NCBI GenBank assembly: GCA_964457385.1
Contig: CAYWGW010000004.1
Coordinates: 1 to 53,510, forward strand
Reading direction: 5' to 3'
Length of the DNA stretch: 53,510 nucleotides
Origin: an uncultured Spirochaetaceae bacterium
Lineage (GTDB): Bacteria; Myxococcota_A; UBA9160; UBA4427
In this document: positions 9,798-18,821 of the stretch, in pieces
How positions within the stretch are numbered: the stretch's first letter is position 1
Layout of the letters: each line of letters opens with the position of its first letter
Translations under genes and position numbers: made by a program
The notes under the pieces: generated by a model
What the model was told of the DNA's origin: nothing
Database searches by the model: none
What the model saw: the letters and a program-made list of their open reading frames with translations, nothing else

Positions 9798-10544
9798 ATG
9801 TCCGGACATTCGAAATGGTCGACGATCAAGCGCAAGAAGGGCGCGGCCGACGCCAGGCGCGGGAAGATCTTCACGAAGCTGATCCGAGAGCTTCAGACCG
9901 CGGCCCGCATCGGCGGCGGGGAGCCGGATTCGAATCCCCGGCTGCGGCTGGTCATAGAGAAGGCCAAGACGGCCAACATGCCCAAGGACAACATCCAGCG
10001 GGCAATCCAGAAGGGGATCGGCGGCGGTGAGGGAGACGCCTTCGAGGAATCCGTCTACGAGGGCTACGGGCCCGGTGGCACGGCGATCCTGATCGAGACG
10101 CTCTCGGACAACAAAAACCGCACGGTGGGTGACATCCGCCATGCTCTCACGAAGCACGGGGGCAATCTCGGGGCGTCCGGCTGCGTCGCCTACCTCTTCG
10201 AGAAGCAGGGATCGATCGTCTTCGAGGGCGAGGACATCGACTCGGACGCCCTGCTCGAGACGGCCCTCGAAGCGGGAGCGGAGGACATGCGGGAGGGAGA
10301 CGGCGTCCTCGAGATCGTGACCGCGCCCACCGAACTCCACGCTGTTCAGGAGGCCCTTGCTGCCAAGGGCTTCGATCCGGTGTCCGCGGAGCTCACGATG
10401 CAGCCATCTACGACCGTGAAGCTCGAAGGAAAGGACGCCGAGCAGATGCTGCGACTGGCGGATGCCCTCGAAGACCTCGATGATGTGCAGAATTTCCATG
10501 CCAACTTCGACATCTCCGAGGAGGAGTTGGAGAAGCTGACTTAG
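9798..10544 (+). CDS. yebC: YebC/PmpR family protein
   Basis: [32 protein letters not shown]; SD AGGAG; lies upstream of ruvC. Confidence 0.96.
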   Translation: MSGHSKWSTIKRKKGAADARRGKIFTKLIRELQTAARIGGGEPDSNPRLRLVIEKAKTANMPKDNIQRAIQKGIGGGEGDAFEESVYEGYGPGGTAILIETLSDNKNRTVGDIRHALTKHGGNLGASGCVAYLFEKQGSIVFEGEDIDSDALLETALEAGAEDMREGDGVLEIVTAPTELHAVQEALAAKGFDPVSAELTMQPSTTVKLEGKDAEQMLRLADALEDLDDVQNFHANFDISEEELEKLT

Positions 10545-10635
10545 TACCGAGCACGGGACGCGTGTACCGGGTCCGTCCGCGCCGGTCGGCAGCGGGCGCT
10601 CGAACACAAGGGCTCGAGAGACCGGAGGGGGCGGA

Positions 10636-11181
10636 ATGCGGGTCCTGGGGGTGGATCCTGGTTCCAACGCGACGGGCTTCGGTCTGGTGGAGCGCTCGGG
10701 GGGCGCCATCCGCCATCTGGCGCACGGCGTACTGCGGCCGCCCGCCGATGCCCCGCTCTGCGAGCGGCTGGGGTTCCTGCACGCCGGACTGCTGACGCTC
10801 GTACGTCGGGAGTCGCCCGACGTGGCCGTGGTCGAACGGGTCTTCCTCGCCTCGAATGCCCGCTCTGCACTGGTGCTCGGCCAGGCGCGCGGCGCCCTGC
10901 TCGCCAGTCTGGGTGAGGGGCGCGTGCCGGTGGCCGAGCTCGCGGCGCGCCAGGTCAAGAAGGCCATCGCCGGAACCGGAGCGGCCGACAAGACGCAGAT
11001 GCAGACGATGGTCGTCCGCCTTCTCGGCCTCGACGGGATCCCGCCCAGCGATGCGGCCGACGCCCTGGCCCTCGCACTCACCTACGCCCAGGCCGGCCCC
11101 CTGGCCGAGCTCTCCCTCGGCGGTCGGCGCCGCAGCACTCGGCGCAGCATGACCCGCCTGGTCGAGGGGCGGCTGCGATGA
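10636..11181 (+). CDS. ruvC: Holliday junction resolvase RuvC
   Basis: VLGVDPG, ERVF, LGQARG, GTGAADK, DAADALA. Confidence 0.96.
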   Translation: MRVLGVDPGSNATGFGLVERSGGAIRHLAHGVLRPPADAPLCERLGFLHAGLLTLVRRESPDVAVVERVFLASNARSALVLGQARGALLASLGEGRVPVAELAARQVKKAIAGTGAADKTQMQTMVVRLLGLDGIPPSDAADALALALTYAQAGPLAELSLGGRRRSTRRSMTRLVEGRLR

Positions 11182-11792
11182 TCGCCTGGCTGGAGGGCTG
11201 CCTGCGCGAGAAGGCGCCGACCCGGGTGGTGCTCGACGTGCAGGGCGTGGGCTACGAGCTGCACGTCCCGCTCTCCACCTTCGAGGCGCTGCCGGCCCCG
11301 GGCAAGACCGTCGCCCTGCTCGTGCATACGGCGGTGCGGGAGGACGCGATCCAGCTCTTCGGCTTCGCGACGACCCTCGAGAAGGAGCTCTTTCATCTCC
11401 TCCTGCGCGCGAGTCGGGTCGGCCCGAAGCTGGCCCAGTCGGTGTTGTCGGGCATGGAGCCCCAGCGGCTGCTGCGGGTGCTGCGCGAGGCCGACGCCAA
11501 GGGTCTGCGCAAGGCGCCGGGGGTCGGTCCGAAGCTGGCGGAGCGGATCGCCGTCGAGCTTCGCGACGAGGCCGAGAAGCTGGCGGGTCGACTCGGGCCG
11601 GTGCGGCCGGGGTCGGAGCCGCGGACGGCGCCTGCCGGGGATGCAGGCGACGAGCTGCTGTCGGCGCTCATCAATCTCGGCTATCCCAGGGCACGAGCCG
11701 AGCGGGTCGTCGAGGCGGCGCTCACCGAGGCCTCGGAAGAGGCGGGCCTCGAAGCCTTGATCCGCATCGCGCTGCGAAGACTGGCGCCATGA
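11178..11792 (+). CDS. ruvA: Holliday junction branch migration protein RuvA
   Basis: [41 protein letters not shown]; ATGA overlap with ruvC. Confidence 0.96.
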   Translation: MIAWLEGCLREKAPTRVVLDVQGVGYELHVPLSTFEALPAPGKTVALLVHTAVREDAIQLFGFATTLEKELFHLLLRASRVGPKLAQSVLSGMEPQRLLRVLREADAKGLRKAPGVGPKLAERIAVELRDEAEKLAGRLGPVRPGSEPRTAPAGDAGDELLSALINLGYPRARAERVVEAALTEASEEAGLEALIRIALRRLAP

Positions 11793-11826
11793 GGCGGCAC
11801 GGGGCCGGGCCGACATGGGGGGGGTC

Positions 11827-12840
11827 ATGAGCTTCGAGCGCGGGGAACTCAGTCAGGAGCAGGTGCCCGGGGAGCGCAGCGCTGAGGAGTCGCTCCGCCC
11901 CCAGCACCTGGCGGAGATGATCGGTCAGTCGCGGCTGCGCGAGAATCTGAGCGTCTTCGTGCGAGCTGCACAGGAGCGGGGCGAGCCTCTCGATCACGTT
12001 CTCTTCTACGGTCCGCCGGGACTCGGAAAGACCTCCCTGGCCCGCATCGTCGCCCGCGAGCTCGGTGCACAGTTCCGCGCCACCAGTGGCCCAGCCATCG
12101 AACGTCCCGGCGACCTGGCGGCCCTGCTCTCGAATCTCGAGGCCGGGGACGTGCTCTTCATCGACGAGATCCATCGGCTCTCCGCCGTGGTCGAGGAGAT
12201 CCTCTACCCGGCGATGGAGGATTTCCAGCTCGATCTGCTGATCGGTGAAGGGCCCACGGCCCGCTCGATCCGCCTCGATCTGCCGCGTTTCACGCTGGTG
12301 GGGGCGACGACCCGAGCGGGGCTGCTGACGTCGCCCCTGCGAGATCGCTTCGGCTGGTCGGCGCGGCTCGAGTACTACCCGATCGCCGACCTCGAGCGGA
12401 TCGTGACCCGCTCCGGTGGATTGATGGGGCTCGATGTCGACTCCAAGGCCGCCCATGAGATCGCCCGGCGCGCCCGCGGTACGCCGCGCATCGCAAACCG
12501 GCTGCTGCGCCGGGTGCGGGACTTTGCGTCGGTACGCGACGGGGCCGGACAGGGAATCGGGCTCGCGACGACCCGATTCGCACTGGACCGTCTCGACGTG
12601 GACGAAGCGGGCTTCGACGGCCTCGATCGCGCCTTGTTGCAGACGATCGTCGAGAAGTTCGGGGGCGGTCCGGTCGGCCTCGAGACCCTGGCTGCCGCCG
12701 TGGGAGAAGACAAGGGAACGCTCGAGGATCTCGTCGAACCCTATCTGATTCACTGTGGATTTCTCTCCAGAACTCCACGCGGAAGGGTCGCGACGGAGCG
12801 CGCCCACACCCATCTCGGGCTGGCCCTGCGCCCCCGCTGA
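11827..12840 (+). CDS. ruvB: Holliday junction DNA helicase RuvB
   Basis: [44 protein letters not shown]. Start is 11815 or 11827. Confidence 0.97.
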   Translation: MSFERGELSQEQVPGERSAEESLRPQHLAEMIGQSRLRENLSVFVRAAQERGEPLDHVLFYGPPGLGKTSLARIVARELGAQFRATSGPAIERPGDLAALLSNLEAGDVLFIDEIHRLSAVVEEILYPAMEDFQLDLLIGEGPTARSIRLDLPRFTLVGATTRAGLLTSPLRDRFGWSARLEYYPIADLERIVTRSGGLMGLDVDSKAAHEIARRARGTPRIANRLLRRVRDFASVRDGAGQGIGLATTRFALDRLDVDEAGFDGLDRALLQTIVEKFGGGPVGLETLAAAVGEDKGTLEDLVEPYLIHCGFLSRTPRGRVATERAHTHLGLALRPR

Positions 12841-12846
12841 GCGGCG

Positions 12847-14475
12847 TCAGGGGCGAGCCCTCAGCGAGGTGGGTGTGCCCGGCAGCCGACCCCGGTTGCG
12901 CAGCACCACGAGCGGCGCGTCCGGATCCGTGGCGTCGAAAGCGATCAACTCGTCGAGCCCGTCGCCGTCGAGGTCTGCGCTCTGACCCAGGCCTCCGCGC
13001 AGCGGCATCGGCTGCTCGCCGACGACGGCTCCGAGTCGAGGCTCCCCCGGCTGACGCGAACCGAGCCGGAATCCGATTCGGCCCTTCCCGCGCGAGACCT
13101 GGAGATCCTGGACGCCGTCGCCGTTCCAGTCGCCCAGACCCGGCATCAGCCCGGTGATGCTGCCCTGGCCGAAATCGAGCTGTAGCGAGAGATCGTCCTC
13201 GAAGACGACGCGGAGTCCCTCGCTCGACTCCGCACTCGACTCCGCACTCGACTCCGGGTCGAGCACGATGATGCGGATCCGGGTCTCCGCGCGGCGGGTG
13301 AGCAGGAGGCGCACGAGCTGGAACAGCCCGAGCTCCAGGGAGAGCTCGACGAGTTCCGGCCGCCCGTCCCCGTCGAGGTCCACGGGATACAGGCTCGAAA
13401 AGCCGCCCTCCGTCTCACGCGTCGCCTGCGCCGGAGCCCCGGGGTCGATGCCCTCGGAGCCGCCGAGGTGGATCCGGGATATCGACCGGCCCCGGGTCAG
13501 GCTGCCCGTGACGGCCGTGTGCAGCAGGTCGGCCCGCTCGTCGCCATCGAGATCGCGGACGATCGCCGACTGACTCGTGCTCTGGTAGCGGCGCTCCGCC
13601 TCGGCGTCGAAAGGCACGAGGTCGAGGCGCCGACTGGGCGTTTCGGGCAGGCCGTCGGGTCCCGTGCGATAGATCCAGATTGCCCAACGCGCCAGCGCGA
13701 AGAGGTCCGGGCGTCCGTCGCCATCGTCGTCCGCACGCATGAGCGCGGGCCAGTGCACCTCCTGGTCCAGCCAGCTCCAGGCAGGCGCCGGGATCGTCGG
13801 ATCCCAGGTGTCGTAGTCGGCGTAGAGGGGCAGGGGCAGCAAGCGGGCCCGCCCCGACTGAAGATCGAGCAGGTAGGCGCCCGCCAGCGAGGGAACGAGG
13901 GCGCTCGGACGCCCCGTCGAGTCCCAGTCGTCGATCATCGGAATGCGGGTGACGAGACGCGGGCGTGGCGGCAGCGGCAAGGTCTCGGGCAGGGGCCAGT
14001 GCAGCCGCAGGGCTCCGGGGTCGTCGGAAGAGGTTGCATCGAGGGCCTCGAGCCCGAGACCACCGGAGGAGAGCAAGACGAGTTGCGGACCCGCGCGGCC
14101 GGGGATCCGGGCGACGTCGATGCCGACGATTTCCGGCGGCAGTGTCCGGGTGACGCTGCCGGCCGCGTCGGGTCGGGCCGCCGAGCCACAGGGCATCCAG
14201 GTCACGATCCTGCGCGCAGTCGGTGGGCTGCCCTCGATCTGAAGCACGAGGAGATCCGCCTCTCCGCCGGGGCAGACCGAGACCGACAAGGGCCAGACCT
14301 GCACGATCCGTCCCGGCAGATCGTGCGCAACCGGCGTGAACAGTGCCCCCTCGTCGGGCGCGGCGCCGACCCCGGACGACGCGAGCAGCCCGAGACAGAT
14401 CCGGACGACGAGGCCCCCGAACGAGTCCAGCCATCCCCGACTCGAACGAGCCTCCGGATCTCCGTTTCGCCGCAT
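12847..14475 (-). CDS. Secreted FG-GAP/VCBS repeat (beta-propeller) protein
   Basis: Signal-like N-terminus. Repeated DxDGDG motifs: DDDGDGRPDL, DLDGDERADL, DLDGDGRPEL, DWNGDGVQDL, DLDGDGLDEL. Confidence 0.8.
   Translation of the reverse strand: MRRNGDPEARSSRGWLDSFGGLVVRICLGLLASSGVGAAPDEGALFTPVAHDLPGRIVQVWPLSVSVCPGGEADLLVLQIEGSPPTARRIVTWMPCGSAARPDAAGSVTRTLPPEIVGIDVARIPGRAGPQLVLLSSGGLGLEALDATSSDDPGALRLHWPLPETLPLPPRPRLVTRIPMIDDWDSTGRPSALVPSLAGAYLLDLQSGRARLLPLPLYADYDTWDPTIPAPAWSWLDQEVHWPALMRADDDGDGRPDLFALARWAIWIYRTGPDGLPETPSRRLDLVPFDAEAERRYQSTSQSAIVRDLDGDERADLLHTAVTGSLTRGRSISRIHLGGSEGIDPGAPAQATRETEGGFSSLYPVDLDGDGRPELVELSLELGLFQLVRLLLTRRAETRIRIIVLDPESSAESSAESSEGLRVVFEDDLSLQLDFGQGSITGLMPGLGDWNGDGVQDLQVSRGKGRIGFRLGSRQPGEPRLGAVVGEQPMPLRGGLGQSADLDGDGLDELIAFDATDPDAPLVVLRNRGRLPGTPTSLRARP
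13223..13256. repeat. In-frame 12-bp tandem repeat CTCGACTCCGCA x2.8 (encodes AESS repeats)
   Basis: Copies start at 13223, 13235 and 13247. Confidence 0.85.
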
Positions 14476-14637
14476 GGTCCCCCCTCGACCGGAGCATACG
14501 GGAGGCGCGCCTGAACGCTCGGCCGAGATGGGCTCCGGGCGGCTCTGGCCTCAGCTCGGACCCACTGCCCGCCGATAGGCGGGAGCAGGCGAAGCAACCC
14601 CGAGGTCGGTCGGCCCTCGGAGGACGCCTCTCGGAGG

Positions 14638-17283
14638 ATGAATCCCAGCGTGCGTATCCTTGCTCGGATGATCTCCCTATTCGTCTCCCTGATCGCCTGC
14701 AGTGCGGGCGCGTTCGGCTTGCTGGCGGCCTCGGGCCTGGCGGCCGGGCTGGTCGACGGGCTGCGCGGCGGGCTCCACGCGCTGACCCGCTGGCTGGTGG
14801 AGCAGGGCGCGGATCTCCCGCACGATTTCGTCGGCTCCGTCGAGACGCTGCTGTCCCTGCGGTTGGCTTCTGGCGGGCTGCTCGGTGCCGGGTTGATCCT
14901 GCTGGCCTTCGGGCTCGGGATGATCGGAGGCGCCAAGGAGAGTGCGGGCGACGAGCCGGCGAAGGGCGATGTCGCCCGCGGATCGGGCCGCAAGGGTGAG
15001 TCGGAATCGGTCGACAAGCGTACGGCCAAACGAATCCGCAAGCAGGCCCAGGTGCTCAAGAAGCAGGGCAAGCTCGTGGAGGCCGCCGAGCTCCTCTGGA
15101 CCCACGAGCAGCTCGATGCCGCAGCGGAGGCTTTCATCGAGGCTCAGGAGCCGCTCCGGGCCGCCGAAGTCCGACACGACCAGAACCGCTTTCTCGAGTC
15201 CGCGGAGCTCCATCTCGAAGGCGGGAACTACGAGTCCGCCGGTGCGATCTTCAGTCAACAGGAGGCCTGGGCGCAGGCCGCGGATTGCTACCTGAAGGCC
15301 GATCACAAGAGTGTCGCCGCCGAGATGTTCGAGAAAGCCGGAAATCATCGTCAGGCTGCCCATTGCTATCGCGAGACGGATTTCCTGCGGCATGCGGCGG
15401 CGAACTACGTGAAGTGCCAGGACTGGGGCCTGGCGGCGGAGTGTTTGCAGGCCGTGCTCGTCGAGGAGGGCGGGCGCTCGTTGATGGATCCGCAGAAAGC
15501 CGCCGAGATGGCGAAGCTCGTGCGACAGGCGGGGCGACTCTTCCTGAAGGCGGGCGAGCCGGGTAAGGCCCTCGAGACCTTCGTTCGTGGCGAGTGCTTC
15601 CTGGAAGCCGCCGAGGTCGCGCGGTCTTTGGGAGATCACGACGCGGCGGCGACGCATTTTAGGGCCGCCGGTGAGATCGAGCAGGCGGCCGAGTCACTGC
15701 GGGCAGCGGGCCAGGATACGGCGGCGGCCCGGCTGCTCGGGAATCATCTGCGCGACGCCGGGGAGAACGAGCGGGCCGCCGAGCTGCTCGAACAGGCCGG
15801 CGACTACATGGAAGCGGGTGACCTCTACCGCAGTCTCGGTCGCCACACCGAGGCCGGCGAATGCTACGAGCGGCATCAGGGCTATGCACAGTCGGCAGAG
15901 ATGTTCCAGCTCGCGGGGGATCGGGCGAGGGCGGCGGCCGCCTTCGAGCGGGCCGGACGCTTCACGGAGTCGGCCGAATGCTATGCGCTCGCCGGCCTGC
16001 CTCGTAAGGAGGCGGAGCTCCTCGAGCGAGCCCAGGATTTCCTTCGGGCGGGGGAGATCTACCACTCGGAGGGACTCGACGAGGAGGCCATCTCGGCGCT
16101 TCAGAAGGTCCAGCAGGAGGACGGGGATTTTGCCCGGGCGGCGGCGATCCTGGGAGAGATCTTCGCAGCCCGAGGGCAGACTTCGATTGCGATCGCGAAG
16201 CTCCGGCAGGCGTTGGCCGGCGTGGAGCTGTCGCGGGCAAGCGTCGACGGCTACTACAAGCTCGCCTGTATCCATCTGGAAGCGGACAAGGCGCCCGAGG
16301 CGATCGAGATCTTCGAGAGGATCCTTGCCTTCGACTACCACTATCGGGACGTCGAGCAGCGGCTGACCGCCGCGCGTGCTCAGGCAGTCGGGCGGGATCC
16401 GGTCGTGACCGACCCGACGATGGAAGAGGCCGCCGCACCTGTACGCCACGGCCGCGGGACGGAAGCGGGGCGATACCAGATCGTGGGCGAGCTCGGCCGT
16501 GGCGGAATGGGAATCGTGTACAAGGTCCAGGACACGGTCCTGGACCGACTCGTCGCCTTCAAGGTCCTGCCCAAAGCCGTGAGCGAGAATGATCAGGCGA
16601 TCACCAACTTCATGCGGGAGGCGCAGGCTGCCGCCAAGCTGAATCATCCGAATATCGTGACGGTCTACGACACGGGAGAGCAGCAGGGGCGCTACTACAT
16701 CGCGATGGAATACGTCGAGGGCACGACGCTCAAGGAAATCCTGCGACGCCGGGGGACCATCTCGGTCTCCGGCATCGTCCACATCCTGTTGCAGGTCAGC
16801 GAGGCCCTCGCCTATGCCCACGAGAAAAAGGTGGTGCATCGAGACGTCAAGCCGGCCAACGTGATGTGGACGCGGACCAGGAAGGCCAAGCTGATGGACT
16901 TCGGTCTTGCGAAGGTCGTGCGGGAGGCACGAAATCATACGACGGTCGTGGCGGGGACGCCCTACTACATGAGTCCCGAGCAGACGCTCGGGAAGAACGT
17001 CGACCATCGCACCGACATCTACTCCCTCGGCGTGATGGTCTTCGAGCTGGCGACCGGGACCGTCCCGTTCAAGGAGGGCAACATTCCCTACCACCACCTG
17101 CACACCCCGCCTCCCGACCTCCGCGCCCTGCGTCAGGACCTGCCTGCGCCATTGGTCGAGAGCGTCATGCGATGCCTCGAAAAGGATCCGGCGAACCGGT
17201 TCCAGTCGGCTCAGGAAATCCTGGACTTCGTTCGTGCGCGGCTCGCCGAGACGGATACCGCGACGGCGACCGCCGGCTCCTGA
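14638..17283 (+). CDS. Membrane-anchored Ser/Thr protein kinase with alpha-solenoid (SNAP/TPR-like) repeats and C-terminal kinase domain
   Basis: Two N-terminal hydrophobic helices, ~13-aa helical repeats, then GRGGMG, VAFK, HRDVKPAN, DFG and GTPYYMSPEQ. Confidence 0.92.
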   Translation: MNPSVRILARMISLFVSLIACSAGAFGLLAASGLAAGLVDGLRGGLHALTRWLVEQGADLPHDFVGSVETLLSLRLASGGLLGAGLILLAFGLGMIGGAKESAGDEPAKGDVARGSGRKGESESVDKRTAKRIRKQAQVLKKQGKLVEAAELLWTHEQLDAAAEAFIEAQEPLRAAEVRHDQNRFLESAELHLEGGNYESAGAIFSQQEAWAQAADCYLKADHKSVAAEMFEKAGNHRQAAHCYRETDFLRHAAANYVKCQDWGLAAECLQAVLVEEGGRSLMDPQKAAEMAKLVRQAGRLFLKAGEPGKALETFVRGECFLEAAEVARSLGDHDAAATHFRAAGEIEQAAESLRAAGQDTAAARLLGNHLRDAGENERAAELLEQAGDYMEAGDLYRSLGRHTEAGECYERHQGYAQSAEMFQLAGDRARAAAAFERAGRFTESAECYALAGLPRKEAELLERAQDFLRAGEIYHSEGLDEEAISALQKVQQEDGDFARAAAILGEIFAARGQTSIAIAKLRQALAGVELSRASVDGYYKLACIHLEADKAPEAIEIFERILAFDYHYRDVEQRLTAARAQAVGRDPVVTDPTMEEAAAPVRHGRGTEAGRYQIVGELGRGGMGIVYKVQDTVLDRLVAFKVLPKAVSENDQAITNFMREAQAAAKLNHPNIVTVYDTGEQQGRYYIAMEYVEGTTLKEILRRRGTISVSGIVHILLQVSEALAYAHEKKVVHRDVKPANVMWTRTRKAKLMDFGLAKVVREARNHTTVVAGTPYYMSPEQTLGKNVDHRTDIYSLGVMVFELATGTVPFKEGNIPYHHLHTPPPDLRALRQDLPAPLVESVMRCLEKDPANRFQSAQEILDFVRARLAETDTATATAGS

Positions 17284-17526
17284 GCGGGCGGCGGGCCGGC
17301 GATCGACCCGCCCGCACCTTCGATCATGCCTCCGACGGATCCGCACGCTACGCTCGAGCCTCGTGAGTGCGATGGAACATCCCTTTGCGTCGACGAGCAG
17401 GTACGGCTCGCGAGTCGGGAATCGGCTCCGCAGTCGCCATGGATGCCCTCGGAGCCGATTCGAACGGACCCGAAGTCGTCCATTCCGGCCGGGATGATTC
17501 GTCGGGATGAATCGTCAGGAGTCGGG

Positions 17527-18432
17527 TTGGTCGGGTTGACACAGTCGACGATCGCACGCCGGGTGAGCTGTCAGGGGTTCGGACTCCATAGCGGCGACGA
17601 GGTTCGTCTGACCCTCGAGCCCGCCGGCGCGAGCACAGGACTCGTCTTCGTCCTGGCTGAAACGGCCGATGGATCGATCGGAACGGAGATTCCGGCGCGG
17701 TCGGATCACGTCTGGTCGACGATCCGGGCGACGACGTTGGCGCTGCCGGGCGGGTCGACGAACCCGGAGCGGGTTCGGGTCTCGACCGTCGAGCATCTGC
17801 TCGCTTCGGTCCTCGTCCACCGCATCGACAACCTGCGTATCCTGCTCGAGGGCAGCGAGATTCCCGTCTTCGACGGCAGCGCCGCTCCCTTCGCGGCGTT
17901 GCTTCGTGAGGCGGGGCGAACGAGTCAGCCGGCTCCACGGAGCGACTGGGTGTTGCGAAGACCGCTGGAAATCCGCGACGGGGACCGCTGGATTCGTGCG
18001 GTCCCGAACGACACGCTGCACATCCGGTACACGATTGATTTCCCCCATCCCTGCATCGGGCGGCAGTCCCTGGAAATCCCCCAGCTCGATGAGGCCCTCT
18101 TCGAGAACGAGCTCGCTCCGGCCCGCACCTTCGGCTTCGTGCACGAGGTTGAGGGACTGCGGGAGGCGGGGCTGGCGCGAGGCGGCTCCCTCGACAATGC
18201 CCTGGTGCTCGACGACACCCGTTTGTTGAACGGGGACGGGCTTCGCTGGCCGGACGAGTTCGTGCGGCACAAGGTGGTCGATCTGCTCGGTGACCTGGCG
18301 CTGCTCGGGGCACCGCTGCGCGCCGCGATCGAGGTCGAGAAGGGTGGTCACGGATTGCATCATCGCCTGGTCCGGACGCTGCTGGATTCGCCGGAGCTGC
18401 TCGATCGAAGCGATCAGACCGTGGCCGCATAG
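17527..18432 (+). CDS. lpxC: UDP-3-O-acyl-N-acetylglucosamine deacetylase
   Basis: QSTI, GFGLHSG, TVEHLL, DGSA, ARTFGF, GGSLDNA, HKVVDLLGD, GH. Start uncertain: TTG 17527 follows AGGAG; ATG 17494 is an alternative. Confidence 0.95.
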   Translation: MVGLTQSTIARRVSCQGFGLHSGDEVRLTLEPAGASTGLVFVLAETADGSIGTEIPARSDHVWSTIRATTLALPGGSTNPERVRVSTVEHLLASVLVHRIDNLRILLEGSEIPVFDGSAAPFAALLREAGRTSQPAPRSDWVLRRPLEIRDGDRWIRAVPNDTLHIRYTIDFPHPCIGRQSLEIPQLDEALFENELAPARTFGFVHEVEGLREAGLARGGSLDNALVLDDTRLLNGDGLRWPDEFVRHKVVDLLGDLALLGAPLRAAIEVEKGGHGLHHRLVRTLLDSPELLDRSDQTVAA

Positions 18433-18764
18433 TCCTCGAGTTCGCGGGCGAGTCGGGCGATTGCCTCGGCATCGCTGAACTGGAGTCCGACCCCCGGCGT
18501 CCTCGTCTCCTCACCGGCTTTCGAGAAGCAGGACCAGGTGACCTTGGCCTCGATCTCGTGAAGAATCGTGCCACCGGGGATTCGGAAGCGGAGCTTGACG
18601 TCGTCTCCTCGTTCGAGGGGCAGATGGGTACCCAGGAACATCCCGCCGGCCCCGAGCGTCGTCGCATAGTCGCAGTGGATGCCGCCGTCGGCCTGGTAGT
18701 CCACGAGGATCCGAACGGTCATCCGGCGGTATCGGCGGGTGTTTTTCGGGGTGCGTGTCGGCAT
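18414..18764 (-). CDS. Stand-alone PilZ domain protein (TIGR02266-like)
   Basis: RRYRR, LGAGGMFL, AKVTW, PGVGLQF. Confidence 0.85.
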   Translation of the reverse strand: MPTRTPKNTRRYRRMTVRILVDYQADGGIHCDYATTLGAGGMFLGTHLPLERGDDVKLRFRIPGGTILHEIEAKVTWSCFSKAGEETRTPGVGLQFSDAEAIARLARELEDYAATV

Positions 18765-18821
18765 GGTCTTCGCTCCGTGGCCTCGTCGTTCGAAGGCGGG
18801 ATCGCGTCTCGGGGATCGGTG

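Noticed and set aside
6960-10544. 1194-aa + strand ORF and 1164-aa - strand ORF (7587-11081) suggesting giant YebC or Hsp70 fusions
   Set aside because: They are antisense read-through of the divergent genes, which is common at high GC3. The real starts with SDs are at 9798 (yebC) and 9527 (Hsp70).
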